Source: Nitrospinae bacterium CG11_big_fil_rev_8_21_14_0_20_45_15
GTDB lineage: Bacteria; Nitrospinota; Nitrospinia; Nitrospinales; VA-1
Assembly (NCBI GenBank): GCA_002787235.1
Contig: PCWG01000010.1
Location: 13,680-77,679 of the forward strand
Reading direction: 5' to 3'
Length of the DNA stretch: 64,000 bases
Shown here: positions 49,633-59,012 of the stretch, one piece after another
Position numbering within the stretch: position 1 is the first letter of the stretch
How the letters are laid out: every line of letters begins with the position of its first letter
The notes under the pieces: generated by a model
Told to the model about the DNA's origin: nothing
The model's input: the letters and a program-made list of their open reading frames with translations, nothing else
Database searches by the model: none
Position numbers and translations under genes: made by a program

Positions 49633-50526
49633 TCAGGAAATACCCTTAAAAAAATTTACCACCAACTGAGAAACGCAACGCAGGGTGACAAGTATGTCAA
49701 CCATTGCCTGAGTCACGAAACCAGCACCTGAATGTTTGCGATAAAAATGACTCATGCCCTGATGCCTTTTAACAATAATCCACCATGGGGATTTGCCTGA
49801 ACTGGCTATGATCTGATGAAAAACTATCGCTTTGGGATAATAACAGACAGGGTGAGCCTTTTCAGCTATCATTTTGCACAAATCCACATCTTCATTGAAC
49901 AGAAAATAGTTTTCATCAAACCCATTCACGGATTCAAACACCTTCCTGGGAATCATCATACAGCATCCTGACACCCAGTCCACTTCCCGACATTCCGCAT
50001 GATCAAAATCGGTCATCAAATAATGCCGGGTGAAGCGATTGTCAGGAAACCATTTTGAAAGCAGGGAATATCTGTTAAACAATCCGGTCCAGAGGGTTGG
50101 AAAACGTCTGCAGGAATACTGCAGACTGCCATCGGGGTTCAAAACTTTTGGCGCGACCACACCCACCTCCGGTCTTTCCTCCAAAAAATTCAAAAGGGCT
50201 TGCACGGAACCGGGCGCGAACACCGTGTCGGGATTCAAGACAAGCAAGATCTCTCCCCGGGACTCGGCAACCCCCTGATTGTTGGCCTTGGCAAAACCGC
50301 AATTGCTTGGGTTCTGGATAAGACGTACCTCCGGGTACGACTGCAATGTTTCTTCCAGATGCGCGTCATCCGGGCTGTTGTTGACGACAATGATCTCGCT
50401 GTCGATGCCTTTGAGTTCCTCTTCAAGAACCGAAAGGCATTCTTTCAACATAGCTCCATGATTATAATTGACAATAATACAGGAAAGTTTCACTTTATTA
50501 GTGAGTTCGACGGGGCACTCGGCCAT
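49633..50526 (-). CDS. Glycosyltransferase family 2
   Basis: 297 aa. SCIIVNYN N-terminus, VVNNSPDD, GFAKANNQG, and a DxD-like NEDVD. GT-A fold GT2 pattern. Confidence 0.85.
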   Translation of the reverse strand: MAECPVELTNKVKLSCIIVNYNHGAMLKECLSVLEEELKGIDSEIIVVNNSPDDAHLEETLQSYPEVRLIQNPSNCGFAKANNQGVAESRGEILLVLNPDTVFAPGSVQALLNFLEERPEVGVVAPKVLNPDGSLQYSCRRFPTLWTGLFNRYSLLSKWFPDNRFTRHYLMTDFDHAECREVDWVSGCCMMIPRKVFESVNGFDENYFLFNEDVDLCKMIAEKAHPVCYYPKAIVFHQIIASSGKSPWWIIVKRHQGMSHFYRKHSGAGFVTQAMVDILVTLRCVSQLVVNFFKGIS

Positions 50527-50736
50527 GAGCCCGAAATAATATTCGGTACGGTATCCTGCACGTGGACGGACAGTGGAGGATAAATTGATAAATGCAACCG
50601 ATTCTGGTAAAACCTACATCTTAATGTATGAATTGCTGTCCTATTCCGCTATCAAAAAATCTATTGCAACCAGCAAGCTCCTGATTTTTAAATTTGCGAT
50701 TTAATTGCCCAGCTTCTCTAATGATACGCCACAACA

Positions 50737-52509
50737 GTGAGTGTCGTCAAAACACCTCCCTTTTACCTACGTCAATCTGAAATCATTATGACCGAGAACA
50801 ATAAAAAAAACGAAACAGAAAACGATTCCCCGCAAGAGAAAACACCGTCGCACTTCATTCGCCACATCATTGATGGAGACAACCAATCGGGAAAATTTGG
50901 CGGTCGGGTTCACACACGTTTTCCCCCTGAGCCTAATGGGTACCTGCACATCGGTCACGCCAAATCCATTTGCCTGAATTTTGGGCTGGCAAACGACTTG
51001 AACGGGACTTGTAACCTTCGATTTGACGACACCAATCCGGCAAAAGAGGAAACCGCCTACGTCTCTGCGATCCAAAAAGATGTCCGTTGGCTTGGCTTCG
51101 ACTGGGGAGAGAACCTGCATTACGCATCGGATTATTTTGAGCAACTGTACGAATTTGCGGTTCAATTGATAAAAAAAGAGAAAGCCTACGTCGATGATTT
51201 GAGCCCGGACGAAATTCGCGAATATCGCGGCACCTTGTCCGAGCCAGGCAAAAACAGTCCCCACCGCCAACGTTCTGTCGAAGAAAATCTGGACCTCTTT
51301 GCTCGTATGCGTTCGGGAGAGTTCGACGAAGGCAGTCGTTGTCTGCGTGCCAAAATTGATATGGCATCCGGCAACTTGAATTTGCGCGATCCTGTGATGT
51401 ACCGCATTTCAAAAAAGGAACATCATCGAACCGGGTCGGCGTGGAGCATTTACCCGATGTACGATTTTGCTCATGGTTTGTGTGATTCCATCGAAGGCAT
51501 CACTCATTCGCTTTGCACACTCGAATTTGAAGACCATCGCGTGCTTTACGACTGGTTCCTTGAGCAACTGGGAGTCTTCCGATCTCAGCAGATTGAATTT
51601 GCCCGTCTCAATTTGAATCACACCGTTTTGAGCAAACGCAAACTGTTGACACTGGTACAGGAAGGTCATGTAAATGGTTGGGATGACCCACGCTTGCCTA
51701 CCATTTCGGGCCTGAGAAGAAGGGGTTACACGCCCGAATCCATTCGCGACTTTTGCAACCGAATCGGAGTCGCAAAAAGTGAAGGCGTTGTCGATGTCGC
51801 TCTCCTCGAACATTGCATCCGTGAAGATCTTAATAAAAAGGCCCTGCGTGTCATGGCGGTTTTGAAACCGTTGAAAGTTGTTTTGACCAACTACCCCGAA
51901 GGCCAGGTGGAACAATTATCCGCTGAAAACAATCCCGAAGACCTTTCGGCAGGCACGCGCAATCTTCCCTTTTCCCGCGTATTGTACATCGAGCAGGAGG
52001 ACTTCATGGAAGACCCGCCGAAAAAATTTTTTCGTCTCGGACCGGGCCGGGAGGTGCGCCTCAAACACGCCTACATCATCAAATGTGAGTCCGTAGTGAA
52101 AGACCCGAATACCGGCGAGGTGACCGAACTGCATTGCAGTTACGATCCAGAAACCAAAAGCGGTTCGGCACAGGAAGGACGCAAAGTCAAAGGAACCTTG
52201 CACTGGGTTTCGGCAGAACATGCAGTCACCGCGCGTGTCCGTCTCTATGATCGTTTGTTCCTGAAAGAAAATCCATCCGATGAAAAAGAGAGTTCCGACT
52301 TCACCTCTGGCCTCAATCCCGATTCCATCAATGAATTGATCGATTGCAAAGTCGAGCCCAGTCTGGCCGACGCAACAGCAGGAACCCATTACCAATTCAT
52401 GCGGTTGGGATATTTTTGCCCTGATAAGGACACCAAATCCGGAACACCGGTATTCAATCGCACCGTCACTCTGCGCGATGCCTGGGCAAAAATCTCTCAA
52501 AAAAACTGA
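50737..52509 (+). CDS. glnS: Glutamine--tRNA ligase
   Basis: HIGH motif [14 protein letters not shown], the KMSKS equivalent VLSKRK, and GlnRS-specific blocks. The likely true start is ATG at 50788 (MTENNKK). Confidence 0.95.
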   Translation: MSVVKTPPFYLRQSEIIMTENNKKNETENDSPQEKTPSHFIRHIIDGDNQSGKFGGRVHTRFPPEPNGYLHIGHAKSICLNFGLANDLNGTCNLRFDDTNPAKEETAYVSAIQKDVRWLGFDWGENLHYASDYFEQLYEFAVQLIKKEKAYVDDLSPDEIREYRGTLSEPGKNSPHRQRSVEENLDLFARMRSGEFDEGSRCLRAKIDMASGNLNLRDPVMYRISKKEHHRTGSAWSIYPMYDFAHGLCDSIEGITHSLCTLEFEDHRVLYDWFLEQLGVFRSQQIEFARLNLNHTVLSKRKLLTLVQEGHVNGWDDPRLPTISGLRRRGYTPESIRDFCNRIGVAKSEGVVDVALLEHCIREDLNKKALRVMAVLKPLKVVLTNYPEGQVEQLSAENNPEDLSAGTRNLPFSRVLYIEQEDFMEDPPKKFFRLGPGREVRLKHAYIIKCESVVKDPNTGEVTELHCSYDPETKSGSAQEGRKVKGTLHWVSAEHAVTARVRLYDRLFLKENPSDEKESSDFTSGLNPDSINELIDCKVEPSLADATAGTHYQFMRLGYFCPDKDTKSGTPVFNRTVTLRDAWAKISQKN

Positions 52510-52536
52510 TCGGGAATATTTAGAAGGAAGAGTTGT

Positions 52537-53331
52537 TCATTGACCCCGGCGGCCCGCCGGTTGGATGAAAATGCTGAGACAGGTCAATCCCCCATCCGCT
52601 TTTTCAAACTCGCTCATATCCAGTTCGATGATTTTTGAGAACAAGTTTTCTTTTTCAATGGCCGCTTTGACCTTTGGATATCCGACAGGCAGAATCAACA
52701 CATCCCCCACCCCCAGAACGTTGGCCGAATAGCCCTCTTCAGGCGCAACCTCCAACAACCGAAAACCAGGAAAAGAGGTCGCATCAACGCAACGGCGGTC
52801 GAACAATAAAACATCTTCGCTCAAACAAGAAACCGCACTTTTGAGATGCAAACCTTTTTTCACAGGCACCGCATGCACCGGATAAGGGATGCGCTCCCTA
52901 AGTGCAGAGACCGCTTGTCTGTTTGTACGCCGGGACAAGCCAACAAAAATTTGTTTTCCTACGCGCAAAACATCGCCCCCATCCATCTCACACCCCTCTG
53001 GAAGATGGATCAATGAATGCGACTGACTTATACGTTCCAGCACAGAAAGCGTTTCATCGCGACGCGAGATTTCCCGCATCGGACACACAACCGCAAGATC
53101 ATCAAAAACTAAAACGGTATCTTCAACAAAGGGCCCATCCGGACAATGTTCCAGAGGCGGGAGATACTCAACAGCCACATCCAATTCTTCCAAAGCTCTT
53201 ACATAGGCAAGGTGTTGCTTGCAAGCCAGATCGTTGTCAATCGTAAGCTTGTCCGGGTGCCCCGAAAGGGCTCTCCTGAAACACGGGCTGGGCTTACGGA
53301 CAAGAGCATTGGCAACGGGCATGGTTAGCAA
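52537..53331 (-). CDS. Dimethylarginine dimethylaminohydrolase (DDAH)/amidinotransferase-fold protein
   Basis: 264 aa. PDGPFVEDT, RRDE and the C-terminal catalytic-Cys context GGLTCLSI fit the DDAH / pentein superfamily. Confidence 0.7.
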   Translation of the reverse strand: MLTMPVANALVRKPSPCFRRALSGHPDKLTIDNDLACKQHLAYVRALEELDVAVEYLPPLEHCPDGPFVEDTVLVFDDLAVVCPMREISRRDETLSVLERISQSHSLIHLPEGCEMDGGDVLRVGKQIFVGLSRRTNRQAVSALRERIPYPVHAVPVKKGLHLKSAVSCLSEDVLLFDRRCVDATSFPGFRLLEVAPEEGYSANVLGVGDVLILPVGYPKVKAAIEKENLFSKIIELDMSEFEKADGGLTCLSIFIQPAGRRGQ

Positions 53332-53369
53332 TGAAATAACAAATTAAGGTGAGATTTGAAAAATTTGAA

Positions 53370-53843
53370 TCAATCGAGGGTACGCGTATTCATCAAACGA
53401 GCAAAATAGAGCATCGTCATATTTTTCCGTGCGGCCCGCAAAATTTTCATCGTCGCCTTGTCTGGCTTGAGCCCCGTCTTGATTCTATCCGGCTGGGCAA
53501 AATACACAATCCCGTTCACCGTTCGGAAATCATGTCGATTGATGCGCATGACCTTGCGTGTGTACTCTTTCGGATAATGATAATAAGCATCTAATTTTGG
53601 GAGATAGGACTCGTCCATCTCATACAATATGCCCTCCATCATACCCGTATTTGTCGGTGTTGGCTCTATGTTGATCTGCCCTAAACCTTCAGGAGCAGAG
53701 GGGTCGGTTGGAATTTTATTGAAAACGATTCTCCAGGCAGACAGAGTGACGTTCGATTTTGAAACACATTCGAAACCCTGTTCTTTAAAGAAGGACTCGT
53801 TTATCATTTCTCCGTAACCGAAATAATGTATTAATTCTGGCAT
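53370..53843 (-). CDS. Gamma-glutamylcyclotransferase (GGCT/AIG2-like) family protein
   Basis: 157 aa. N-terminal YFGYGEM (a YGSNL-type motif), MEGILYEMDESYLPKLD with the putative catalytic Glu, and YAQP later. Confidence 0.6.
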   Translation of the reverse strand: MPELIHYFGYGEMINESFFKEQGFECVSKSNVTLSAWRIVFNKIPTDPSAPEGLGQINIEPTPTNTGMMEGILYEMDESYLPKLDAYYHYPKEYTRKVMRINRHDFRTVNGIVYFAQPDRIKTGLKPDKATMKILRAARKNMTMLYFARLMNTRTLD

Positions 53844-54134
53844 TTAATTCTCCATAATGCAGGAATCTTATACGCATTTTTGCCACACAAGAATTCCTGA
53901 ATAAGGTTGATGGATGTAAGTCGAGTATGATAGCATGAATTATCCCTCCACTTGCAATACAACAATGACTTTCGCGCAATGTGTTTGAGAAGATATTGAT
54001 TCGAGTGGTGTCGTGTTTGTTTTTTATATCCAATTTTCTGTTTTTAATAATCTCTCCCTTAGTGCTGACATATTAGGCGCACCATAGGATTTAAAGAATA
54101 GAAACTATTAAAAACTTTCAAAGGAGTTTTCTCA

Positions 54135-54470
54135 ATGGTAGCTGAAAATGTTGTCGCTGTAACGGATGATAGTTTTGAATCTTCAATCATCAATGGTGAC
54201 AAACCTTCCATGATTGATTTTTGGGCGGAATGGTGCCAACCCTGTAAAATGCTCGCCCCAACAATTCACGAATTGGCGGATGACTATCAAGGACAAGTAT
54301 TGATCGGCAAGGTCAATGTAGACGACAATCCCGGTACCGCAACAAAATACGGTATCCGCGGAATCCCTACTCTTTTGTTCTTCAAAGGAGGCCAGATCGT
54401 ACACCAACTCGTTGGCGTAAAATCCAAAGCAGAAATAAAAAAAGTGATCGACGAAAATCTTTTAGATTGA
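54135..54470 (+). CDS. trxA: Thioredoxin
   Basis: 111 aa. AAAGGAG Shine-Dalgarno. Active site WCQPCK (a Gln variant of WCGPCK), GIRGIPTLLFFKGG. Confidence 0.9.
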   Translation: MVAENVVAVTDDSFESSIINGDKPSMIDFWAEWCQPCKMLAPTIHELADDYQGQVLIGKVNVDDNPGTATKYGIRGIPTLLFFKGGQIVHQLVGVKSKAEIKKVIDENLLD

Positions 54471-54487
54471 TTCGTACAAAAAATAAG

Positions 54488-54537
54488 AAGCCTTTCGGCT
54501 ATGGGTTTTCAAAACCCACCGAAAGGCTTTTTTGTTT
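54488..54537 (+). terminator. Rho-independent terminator downstream of trxA (bidirectional geometry)
   Basis: AAGCCTTTCGG (54488-54498) pairs with CCGAAAGGCTT (54519-54529), with inner pairing GGGTTT/AAACCC. Followed by TTTTTGTTT and preceded by an A-rich tract. Confidence 0.85.
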
Positions 54538-54641
54538 CAGCTATCAGCAAACATTCAGGAATATAAAACAACTCCCGGTTCTATGATTCCTGAAAAACAT
54601 CCACGAAGTACTCCCCCTGCCTCTATTGATCCCCTGCCCTG

Positions 54642-55907
54642 CTAACGAATCGGCATCTTTTCAGAATCTTCTATTTTGAAGCAGGAATTGGCAAGCACCG
54701 GAAAAACGCTGAACAAAGGAGTGTTGAACGGAATAAACGCAGAATCTGCCTTTTGATCCAGTAACAGATGAATGTTGGCAAAGTTGAAACTCATTCCTTC
54801 CTGCCAGGGAATATTGCCGGCCTGATTGTATACCGTCGTTTTGTCTGAAGCATGGGTTCTCGTCATCAATCCCGCCCCTCCGTTGAGCCCGTATTCATAA
54901 AGATCTGGCGCACCTTGAATCAGAAGAGAAACACGGGAGGAATCGAACCAGATTTTAAAGTTGGTCGGGATCTGAACATAGGGTCCCAGTGTACCGATTC
55001 GATCGAGAACGTTGATGGGATAAGCAAACTCTGCCGGAGCCCCGGCGGGAGCGTCGAACTGACGGGAGGGGAATTCACGCTCTTTCACCGCAGAGACCGA
55101 AATGAAAAGCAGATGGGGATCATCCATCTCAATGTCCAAAACCTCACCATCATGATAACTGCAAAATTTATCTCTCTCAAAAGCTAACGGAAACGAGTAT
55201 CCCACCTTTGCGTAAAACGCACGAACCCCTGCCTCCAATGGATTGTCCGGTGTCCGACTGATCTTCAAATCAAAAGGTAACAAAATGTGAAACGCATTGA
55301 TGCGCGAATTCATGAACGGAGCGCAGGCTCCGGAAAATTCCTTTTGAATCGCCGAATTGTTCGGGTCGAAAGATCTCGGAGTCCCTGAAAAATTTTGCGC
55401 CGTCTTCGCTTCCTTACTCAATCGGAATTTATTCAGATAATATTCACTCGCGCGTTTTTTTGCTGTGCAAAGAAAATAAGACGGCACATCGGATTCGACG
55501 ACCAGCGTTTGCGGTTCTTCAACCCCCACCTGGGCGGGACGCATCGCATTTCTATAAATATCCAGCTCAGCTTTGGTTTTTTTTATATCAAACTCAATCT
55601 GACGAACAATGGCGGGACTGTAGTAGCGGGTTTTAGAAACCAGAGCCAACGCTTTTTCCAAGAGATTGATTTTCAACCCATAACGTTTCGGCTCATCGGT
55701 CAGCGACTGGACCGTTGCGATCGTGAGACTGAACTGCTCCTCTGGCAGTATCTTGAGTTGATCCAAATCCTGTTCTTTGATAAAAGTGTAAGCCAATGCA
55801 CCAAAGGCTTCTGCCTTGCGAATGCTCAGTGTCAAAAGGTAATTGACATACGCATGCGCAGACTCTGAATCAAACTTACTTTGCAGATCACCGTTGTTAT
55901 CATTCAT
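54642..55907 (-). CDS. Hypothetical protein (orphan; helical N-half, beta-rich C-half)
   Basis: 421-aa uninterrupted ORF with no signal peptide or TM segment and no motif I can assign to a known family. Confidence 0.6.
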   Translation of the reverse strand: MNDNNGDLQSKFDSESAHAYVNYLLTLSIRKAEAFGALAYTFIKEQDLDQLKILPEEQFSLTIATVQSLTDEPKRYGLKINLLEKALALVSKTRYYSPAIVRQIEFDIKKTKAELDIYRNAMRPAQVGVEEPQTLVVESDVPSYFLCTAKKRASEYYLNKFRLSKEAKTAQNFSGTPRSFDPNNSAIQKEFSGACAPFMNSRINAFHILLPFDLKISRTPDNPLEAGVRAFYAKVGYSFPLAFERDKFCSYHDGEVLDIEMDDPHLLFISVSAVKEREFPSRQFDAPAGAPAEFAYPINVLDRIGTLGPYVQIPTNFKIWFDSSRVSLLIQGAPDLYEYGLNGGAGLMTRTHASDKTTVYNQAGNIPWQEGMSFNFANIHLLLDQKADSAFIPFNTPLFSVFPVLANSCFKIEDSEKMPIR

Positions 55908-56080
55908 GATGAAATGAACTCAAAAGGTTCTATGTAGGATAATTCCTACAATGAGTAGGAATTAATACCCTTTATCATGCAAAGTGTCAATCTTCTTTTA
56001 AGATTTCGCCGGAAGGTTGGGAGGGCAGTTTCAAAACAATCGAAGACGAAGGAAAATAGTTCCTTAATTTTCAATACTTT

Positions 56081-56827
56081 CTAAATGGAGAATTCCATCA
56101 AGTCTGCGGCGAGAAATAATTGCCCCTGAAATTTCATCTGTTCCAGAATTTTTTTCAGATCGCAGGGGGGATAAAAATGTGTGAGACACAAGCGTTTGCA
56201 CTCGGCTTCATTTGCCAGTTGACTGGCAAGGTCGGGCGTCAGATGCCCGGGGCATTTCATGTCATCGGGAAAAGCACACTCCAGAATCAGCAAATCCGCA
56301 TGACGTCCCAGATCAACCATCGACTGACAGTAATCGGTATCGCCAGAAATAGCAAGCACCGCACCTTTTGAATCTGTAATGCGATAACCGCGACTCATGG
56401 CAATGTGTTTTACTTTTTTGGAGAGAACCCGCAAGCTACCGTAAGACCTTTCCTCCTCATCCTGTGTGATGATTTTGATCGCGTATTCCGTCGGTTTCAA
56501 CCAGCTACCAAAAACATCGATCATCTGCCTGAAAAAATCTTCAAATCCCGGTCCCGCAACAATTTCCAGATCTCTTGTGCGTGGTTCATGGTAGTATCGC
56601 GACCCAAATAAGAACGGTATCAGATCGCAAATATGATCGGGATGATTGTGGGTGAAAAATATGCGGTGAATCTGATGATAATCAATGCCGCAACGCAACA
56701 ATTGCCGTAAAGTGCCATATCCAAAATCGAACAGGGTGTTAACGCCTTCATCTTGTAGTAAAATCCCGGAAGAATTTCTTGTTAAAGAGGGGACCGCGGT
56801 TCCCGATCCTAAAATTGTAATTTTCAT
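56081..56827 (-). CDS. MBL-fold metallo-hydrolase (RNase Z/ElaC-like short form)
   Basis: 248 aa. MKITILGSGTAVP N-terminus and the HNHPDH motif. Confidence 0.8.
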   Translation of the reverse strand: MKITILGSGTAVPSLTRNSSGILLQDEGVNTLFDFGYGTLRQLLRCGIDYHQIHRIFFTHNHPDHICDLIPFLFGSRYYHEPRTRDLEIVAGPGFEDFFRQMIDVFGSWLKPTEYAIKIITQDEEERSYGSLRVLSKKVKHIAMSRGYRITDSKGAVLAISGDTDYCQSMVDLGRHADLLILECAFPDDMKCPGHLTPDLASQLANEAECKRLCLTHFYPPCDLKKILEQMKFQGQLFLAADLMEFSI

Positions 56828-56933
56828 GATAGAATTTCCACTTGTCCGTTATTCTGTTCGACGGCAAAAAATGTTCAGGACAGGACATTTTTATTTTCCA
56901 CCTCATTCTACTCCATAACAAAGAGCCCGATCC

Positions 56934-57884
56934 ATGATTCTTGTCACCGGTTCCGCCGGATTCATAGGTTTTAATTTGAGCAAAACCCTGCTAGAGCGAG
57001 GCACAACAGTCGTCGGCATGGACAATATGAACGACTACTACGATGTCTCTTTGAAACGCGATCGTCTGGCTCAATTGCAAAAGTATGACAACTTCCATTT
57101 CAAGCAATTGGACCTTTGCGATCTGGAGGGCCTCGCAGACCTGTTCCGTGATTTCAAAATCACAAAAATCTGCCATTTAGCGGCCCAGGTGGGTGTGCGC
57201 TATTCCCTGCTCAATCCCCATGCCTACCAAAAATCGAATCTGGAAGGTTTTCTGAACATCATCGAACAGGCACGACTCGCACAGGTCGAAAATTTTGTAT
57301 TTGCATCGTCCTCTTCCGTGTACGGCAACAACAAAAAAATTCCGTTCTCTACCGACGATCCCTGCGACATGCCCATTTCTTTCTACGCCGCCAGCAAACG
57401 ATCCAATGAATTGACCGCGCACGTATACAGTCATTTATACGGATTGAACACAACGGGTCTGAGATTTTTCACCGTTTACGGTCCCTGGGGACGCCCCGAC
57501 ATGGCTCCTTTTATTTTCACCCGCAAAATTTTGCAGGGAGAAACCATCGACGTTTACGGGCGCGGCAAAATGAAACGAAACTTCACCTACGTGGACGACA
57601 TTGTGCAGGGAGTGGTACTTTGTCTGGACCGACCTCAAAAATACGCAATCTATAATATCGGGAACGACCGCACGGAAGAGTTGGAGCATTTCATTTCGGT
57701 CATCGAAAACCTGGCCGGTAAGCAAGCCATACGCAATGAGATGGACACGCAACCGGGGGAGATGACGGAAACCTGGGCGGATATTGAGCCAATCAAAAAT
57801 GATTGCGGCTACCGACCCACGACAAGGATCGAAGAAGGCATGAAAAATTTTATCGACTGGTACCGAAGCTACTACAAAGCCTGA
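56934..57884 (+). CDS. NAD-dependent epimerase/dehydratase (UDP-glucuronate 4-epimerase-like)
   Basis: 316 aa. GSAGFIGFNL Rossmann motif, catalytic YAASK, TGLRFFTVYGPWGRPDMA block. Confidence 0.9.
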   Translation: MILVTGSAGFIGFNLSKTLLERGTTVVGMDNMNDYYDVSLKRDRLAQLQKYDNFHFKQLDLCDLEGLADLFRDFKITKICHLAAQVGVRYSLLNPHAYQKSNLEGFLNIIEQARLAQVENFVFASSSSVYGNNKKIPFSTDDPCDMPISFYAASKRSNELTAHVYSHLYGLNTTGLRFFTVYGPWGRPDMAPFIFTRKILQGETIDVYGRGKMKRNFTYVDDIVQGVVLCLDRPQKYAIYNIGNDRTEELEHFISVIENLAGKQAIRNEMDTQPGEMTETWADIEPIKNDCGYRPTTRIEEGMKNFIDWYRSYYKA

Positions 57885-58093
57885 GCGGCAAACTGCCGCC
57901 AGCAAATGGCTATTCCCATTAAGACAATGGGGCAAAATCGTGCGCAATCTTTGCTCACCCTATTTCCGGCACACCTGACATACGGCGAGCCGCCGCCCGC
58001 CAGACGAGAGCGAATGAGCGATTCTCTTTAAGATAGCTTCAAGGCCAAGCACAACCTTTGCTCGCCCTATTCACAGCAAGCTTGGACTTCAAC

Positions 58094-58363
58094 TCAGATT
58101 TCTTTGCAGATTTTTTTAGCAGGAGGGATGGATTGGCATTCTATGGTTTCCGTCATTCCATTGGCGAGACCCCCACAGGCCGTGCTCATACCCGTCATCA
58201 CCGTATCTTCCAGGCTCATGCCTTTGACTTTTTGGCACTCTTCCAGGCCTTTATACTGCATACAAATCTCGCACTCGTACTTGCTCCCCCCCCAAATCAA
58301 AGAAACAGAGAGTCCGCAGACCAGAACCAGAAAGCCTATCGTTATGACCGTTCCTTTTTTCAT
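58094..58363 (-). CDS. Small membrane-anchored Cys-rich protein
   Basis: 89 aa. N-terminal hydrophobic anchor, then CEIC...C...C...C...C (6 Cys). Its ATG overlaps the orn stop (ATGA). Confidence 0.5.
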   Translation of the reverse strand: MKKGTVITIGFLVLVCGLSVSLIWGGSKYECEICMQYKGLEECQKVKGMSLEDTVMTGMSTACGGLANGMTETIECQSIPPAKKICKEI

Positions 58364-58959
58364 TTTTCATCTCCACAGGAGGGACTGTCCACAGAGTCCA
58401 GACAGGGAACTTCCGAAATAAAATAATGTTTGCGATAAAAGACCAGCTCTTCGAGAGATTCCCGAACATCCACATCTGCCCGGTGCTCCCCGCTTTTTTT
58501 AGGGAACTGCGGACCGTCTGGATACCAGCGTCGAATGAGTTCTTTGATGGATGTAACGTCGATGCTTCGATAGTGCAGGTAGGCGTATATTTCCTTCATG
58601 TATTTTTCAAGAAATTTACGATCCTGCCCCACAGAATTTCCACAAAGAGGTGCAACATTTGAAGGACAATACTCTTTGATTATCTTCAGCGTTTGCCGCT
58701 CTGCCTCAGCCAGAGTGATGCTGGACTGCTTCACCCGTTGCACCAGACCCGAAGCATTGTGATGTTTCGTATTCCATGCATCCATCCGCCCCAGAATAAC
58801 ATTGTCTTGATTGATAGCCAGACTCTGTCCCTGGTACAGGATATTGAGATTCTTGTCTGTGATGATCGTGGCAATTTCGATGATGACTTCTTTTTCGACA
58901 TCCAGTCCCGTCATCTCCAGATCCATCCAAACCATATTCGAGGATGATTTTCTACCCAT
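58360..58959 (-). CDS. orn: Oligoribonuclease
   Basis: 199 aa. The DEDDh exonuclease N-terminus MVWMDLEMTGLDVEKEVIIEIA is the canonical Orn start, with a later HRADVD (H-x4-D) motif. Confidence 0.9.
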   Translation of the reverse strand: MGRKSSSNMVWMDLEMTGLDVEKEVIIEIATIITDKNLNILYQGQSLAINQDNVILGRMDAWNTKHHNASGLVQRVKQSSITLAEAERQTLKIIKEYCPSNVAPLCGNSVGQDRKFLEKYMKEIYAYLHYRSIDVTSIKELIRRWYPDGPQFPKKSGEHRADVDVRESLEELVFYRKHYFISEVPCLDSVDSPSCGDEK

Positions 58960-59012
58960 GAGCCCTTCTCTGGTTAAATACGCTAGACGACGGAAGGCGT
59001 TTTACGAAGTTG

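Noticed and set aside
53860-53899. Imperfect inverted repeat CAGGAATCTT...AAGAATTCCTG upstream of the GGCT-like gene as an operator
   Set aside because: It has a bulged stem and a 19-nt loop, only a single occurrence, and no known consensus. That is too weak to call a feature.
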